From IMG/VR virus record IMGVR_UViG_3300032076_000022: 40,475 nucleotides of DNA. The stretch is one strand, 5' to 3'. This DNA is from a virus. The notes beneath the pieces are model-generated. The model saw only the letters and a list, made by a program, of their open reading frames with translations, did not search any database and was not told where the DNA came from. This document shows positions 38,285-40,475 of the stretch, one piece after another (position 1 is the stretch's first letter; every line of letters begins with the position of its first letter). The translations under genes and the position numbers were made by a program.

Positions 38285-40303
38285 TCAAGTCCGCCGCACC
38301 GGGTGCGAGGTCACGTACGCCGCTCCCCCGGGCGAGTAGGCCACGTTCGCCCCCTTCGGGATCCCCGAGCTCACGTCCTCCTGCCGGTCGAGCCGCGCAA
38401 TCATGCACTCCAACGCCTCGGCCACCAGCCGCGATACCCCGGACTCGGGTTCAGCGGCCTGCCGGCCACCCTTCTCGACGGGATAGGCGTAACCCGCCGC
38501 CAGGGCATTGAGGCAGAGTCGGGCGTCACGATCCACGATGAGCAACTGCTTGTCGTGCCACTTGGTCCGAATTCGCTCCGCGAGCGCGCCCCGCGCCGCT
38601 GCCACATGCTCGCCGCGCAACGGAACGAAACGCTCCGCGCGCAAAGCAGGAACGAGCGCAATGCGCTGCCACTGATCGAACGTCTCCGCGGGAACCCAAT
38701 GCTGCAACGACGCCAGCGGGTATGAGGAGCGGACTTCGAACGCGATCGTCTTGACCACATCTGATATCGCCCCGGTGCCGCTCCAGTCCTTCGAAACACA
38801 AAGACGTCGACCATCACGCTGCACGGCGAGTGCCACAACCTCGGAAGCCGATGCGTTCCACGCCACGAATACGTCCTCGCCGCGATTGACATTCGGCGCG
38901 TCGCCAATGTTGTTGCCACTGAAGTCCGCATACACGACATAGCCTCCGAACAAGCGCAATGAATACGCCAAGGCATTCAGCACATCCCGCGGCCCCGACG
39001 GAAAATTCGAAAACTCCGCCACCAGCTGCGCATGCGCCGAGCGCCCCCCCACCAGCACGATCTCCTTCGCCGCCGCAAACGGCTGCAAGCCAAGAATGAA
39101 CTCCTCCTTCGAGCGATCCTGCGGCGCCTGCAGCGCCACCAGCGGCAACACCTCGCCCCGCCGCAACATCGCCAGGCGAATCGGCTGCAGCAACCACTCG
39201 TCCAGCGAATTCTTCTCCACCGCCATCTTCACCGGCGCATGCCTCAACTGCGTCGCAAACATGTCCTCGAGCACCGCATCCGGCTTCCAGTACTCGCCCC
39301 CGCTCTCATGCACCACGATCTTCGAACCCAACTTCGACACCACCACCTTACCGCACCGATCACTCCGATCAAACTCCTTCGTCCGCCGCTCCCGCGTCGT
39401 CCGCGACGGATCGTAAATCACATACTTCGGCATCCACGCCCACGGCGTGTACTCCCACTCCACCAGCATCTCCTCACGAAACGGCTTCGACTCCGGATTC
39501 ACCGCCTGCAGCATGTACGCCTGCAAAAACGCCCCACTCATCCCCGCCCGCTCAAACCGCCTCTGCTCCGCCCTCACCCACTCCATCGGATAGCGCGCCG
39601 GCCACGTCGCAACCGTCCGCTCGTCCTCCGGATCCCCATTGCAGATCGGCCACCCGCGATACAGCCAGTCCTCGTTCGCCGCCAGCCGCGTCACCATGCA
39701 GTCCTCCGCCCGCCGCGTCTGACTCACCACAATCTTGCGCCGCTCCTTGTCCATCGCCGGTATCAAATCGTGATACAGCTTGCGCATCGACCCTTCCACC
39801 GCCGCCCGGTCCCGCACCCGCTCCAGGTTCTCCACGTCATCCAAAAACGCAAAATCAGGCCGGTACTGCCCGTACTTGAACGACTGCAACTCCTGATCCC
39901 ACCCCCACGCCTGCAACAGCGCCCCACCTCGAAACCACACTTTGTTCTCAATCGCCCGCCGCCCCACCAACGACCCACCAAACACCTTCGCCATCACCTC
40001 GTTCGTCTGCAACTCATGCGCGATCGACGCCAACCGCTCGCACGCCTTCTCGTAAGTCTCGCCAAGCAAAAGTCCGTACCGAAAATTCCCGAAACATCCC
40101 GCCAAGCAAATGTGCTCCTCCGCCTTCGTCGTCTTCCCCGCCTCCCGAAACGCCTCCAGCACAATGAACTCGTCCGCACTCGCCATCATGTCCATCATCT
40201 CCACATGCATCTCACTCTCCGCCTGCGGATGCCGATGCCCAAACAACACCACCGACGCAAACGCCCGGTCCTCACTCAACCGCGCCAACACCCCCTCACT
40301 CAT
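38285..40303 (-). CDS. terL: Terminase large subunit (672 aa)
   Basis: ATG 40303 (MSEGVLARL); the ORF track extends into the terminal repeat at 40429. Walker A-like EAFREAGKTT and Walker B FAFLDDVE, followed by a nuclease-type C-terminal half. First gene of the late operon. Confidence 0.85.
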   Translation of the reverse strand: MSEGVLARLSEDRAFASVVLFGHRHPQAESEMHVEMMDMMASADEFIVLEAFREAGKTTKAEEHICLAGCFGNFRYGLLLGETYEKACERLASIAHELQTNEVMAKVFGGSLVGRRAIENKVWFRGGALLQAWGWDQELQSFKYGQYRPDFAFLDDVENLERVRDRAAVEGSMRKLYHDLIPAMDKERRKIVVSQTRRAEDCMVTRLAANEDWLYRGWPICNGDPEDERTVATWPARYPMEWVRAEQRRFERAGMSGAFLQAYMLQAVNPESKPFREEMLVEWEYTPWAWMPKYVIYDPSRTTRERRTKEFDRSDRCGKVVVSKLGSKIVVHESGGEYWKPDAVLEDMFATQLRHAPVKMAVEKNSLDEWLLQPIRLAMLRRGEVLPLVALQAPQDRSKEEFILGLQPFAAAKEIVLVGGRSAHAQLVAEFSNFPSGPRDVLNALAYSLRLFGGYVVYADFSGNNIGDAPNVNRGEDVFVAWNASASEVVALAVQRDGRRLCVSKDWSGTGAISDVVKTIAFEVRSSYPLASLQHWVPAETFDQWQRIALVPALRAERFVPLRGEHVAAARGALAERIRTKWHDKQLLIVDRDARLCLNALAAGYAYPVEKGGRQAAEPESGVSRLVAEALECMIARLDRQEDVSSGIPKGANVAYSPGGAAYVTSHPVRRT

Positions 40304-40348
40304 AAGGGCCACCCCTCTCGCACTTCCCCGCAAGGGCAACGCGCGCTC

Positions 40349-40475
40349 GCACACTCCCCGTCGGTCCCTGGGGTGGTCCCGGAGTTCGCCGGCTGCGGCG
40401 CGCTGGCACGATTCTTGACGGGGGCGCAATGGACATAATGCGAATTATACGACATACACATTATTTGCCCGTGGA
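40349..40475. repeat. Terminal direct repeat, right copy (identical to 1..127)
   Basis: Exact 127-nt identity with bases 1-127. Confidence 0.95.
40444..40449 (-). promoter_or_regulatory. Perfect TATAAT -10 hexamer upstream of terL (also at 96..101)
   Basis: The minus strand reads gtcgTATAATtcg, about 140 nt upstream of terL ATG 40303. No good -35, so if real it would probably need an activator. Confidence 0.25.

Overview
The window is a closed, high-G+C dsDNA phage genome. Bases 1-127 recur exactly at 40349-40475, so the unique length is 40348 bp.

Late region: about two thirds of the genome (12550-40303, minus strand) is one tightly packed late operon. Most junctions are ATGA or GTGA start/stop overlaps. 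In transcription order it encodes:
- large terminase
- three tiny proteins, two of them hyper-basic
- portal
- an HExxH zincin metalloprotease
- four small beta-rich proteins
- scaffold
- an N4-gp56-type major capsid protein, followed by a strong intrinsic terminator
- adaptor- and nozzle-like tail proteins
- two tail fibres that share an N-terminal module, one ending in an S74 intramolecular-chaperone domain
- Ig-like proteins
- two tiny membrane proteins
- a run of Q/G/M/P-rich low-complexity internal proteins
- a PurD-like ATP-grasp ligase

There is no tape-measure, sheath or tube gene, so the virion is probably podovirus-like.

Early/middle region: 128-12581 is arranged in alternately oriented units with compact divergent promoter regions. 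It encodes:
- a Cro/YdaS-like regulator plus a replication-initiator-like protein whose linker carries an 11-bp-periodic iteron array
- a C5-cytosine methyltransferase, a PP-loop PAPS-reductase-family enzyme and an Hjc-like resolvase
- a RecE-like exonuclease plus a Sak4-like ATPase
- a DpdA-like (TGT-family) protein that hints at 7-deazaguanine DNA modification

I saw no integrase, CI-type repressor, DNA or RNA polymerase, small terminase, recognisable endolysin, tRNA or CRISPR array.

Limits: all product calls come from motif and synteny recognition by eye, and no database search was run. Start codons were chosen by hand from SD motifs and junction overlaps, so several differ from the supplied ORF track, which extends to alternative starts.
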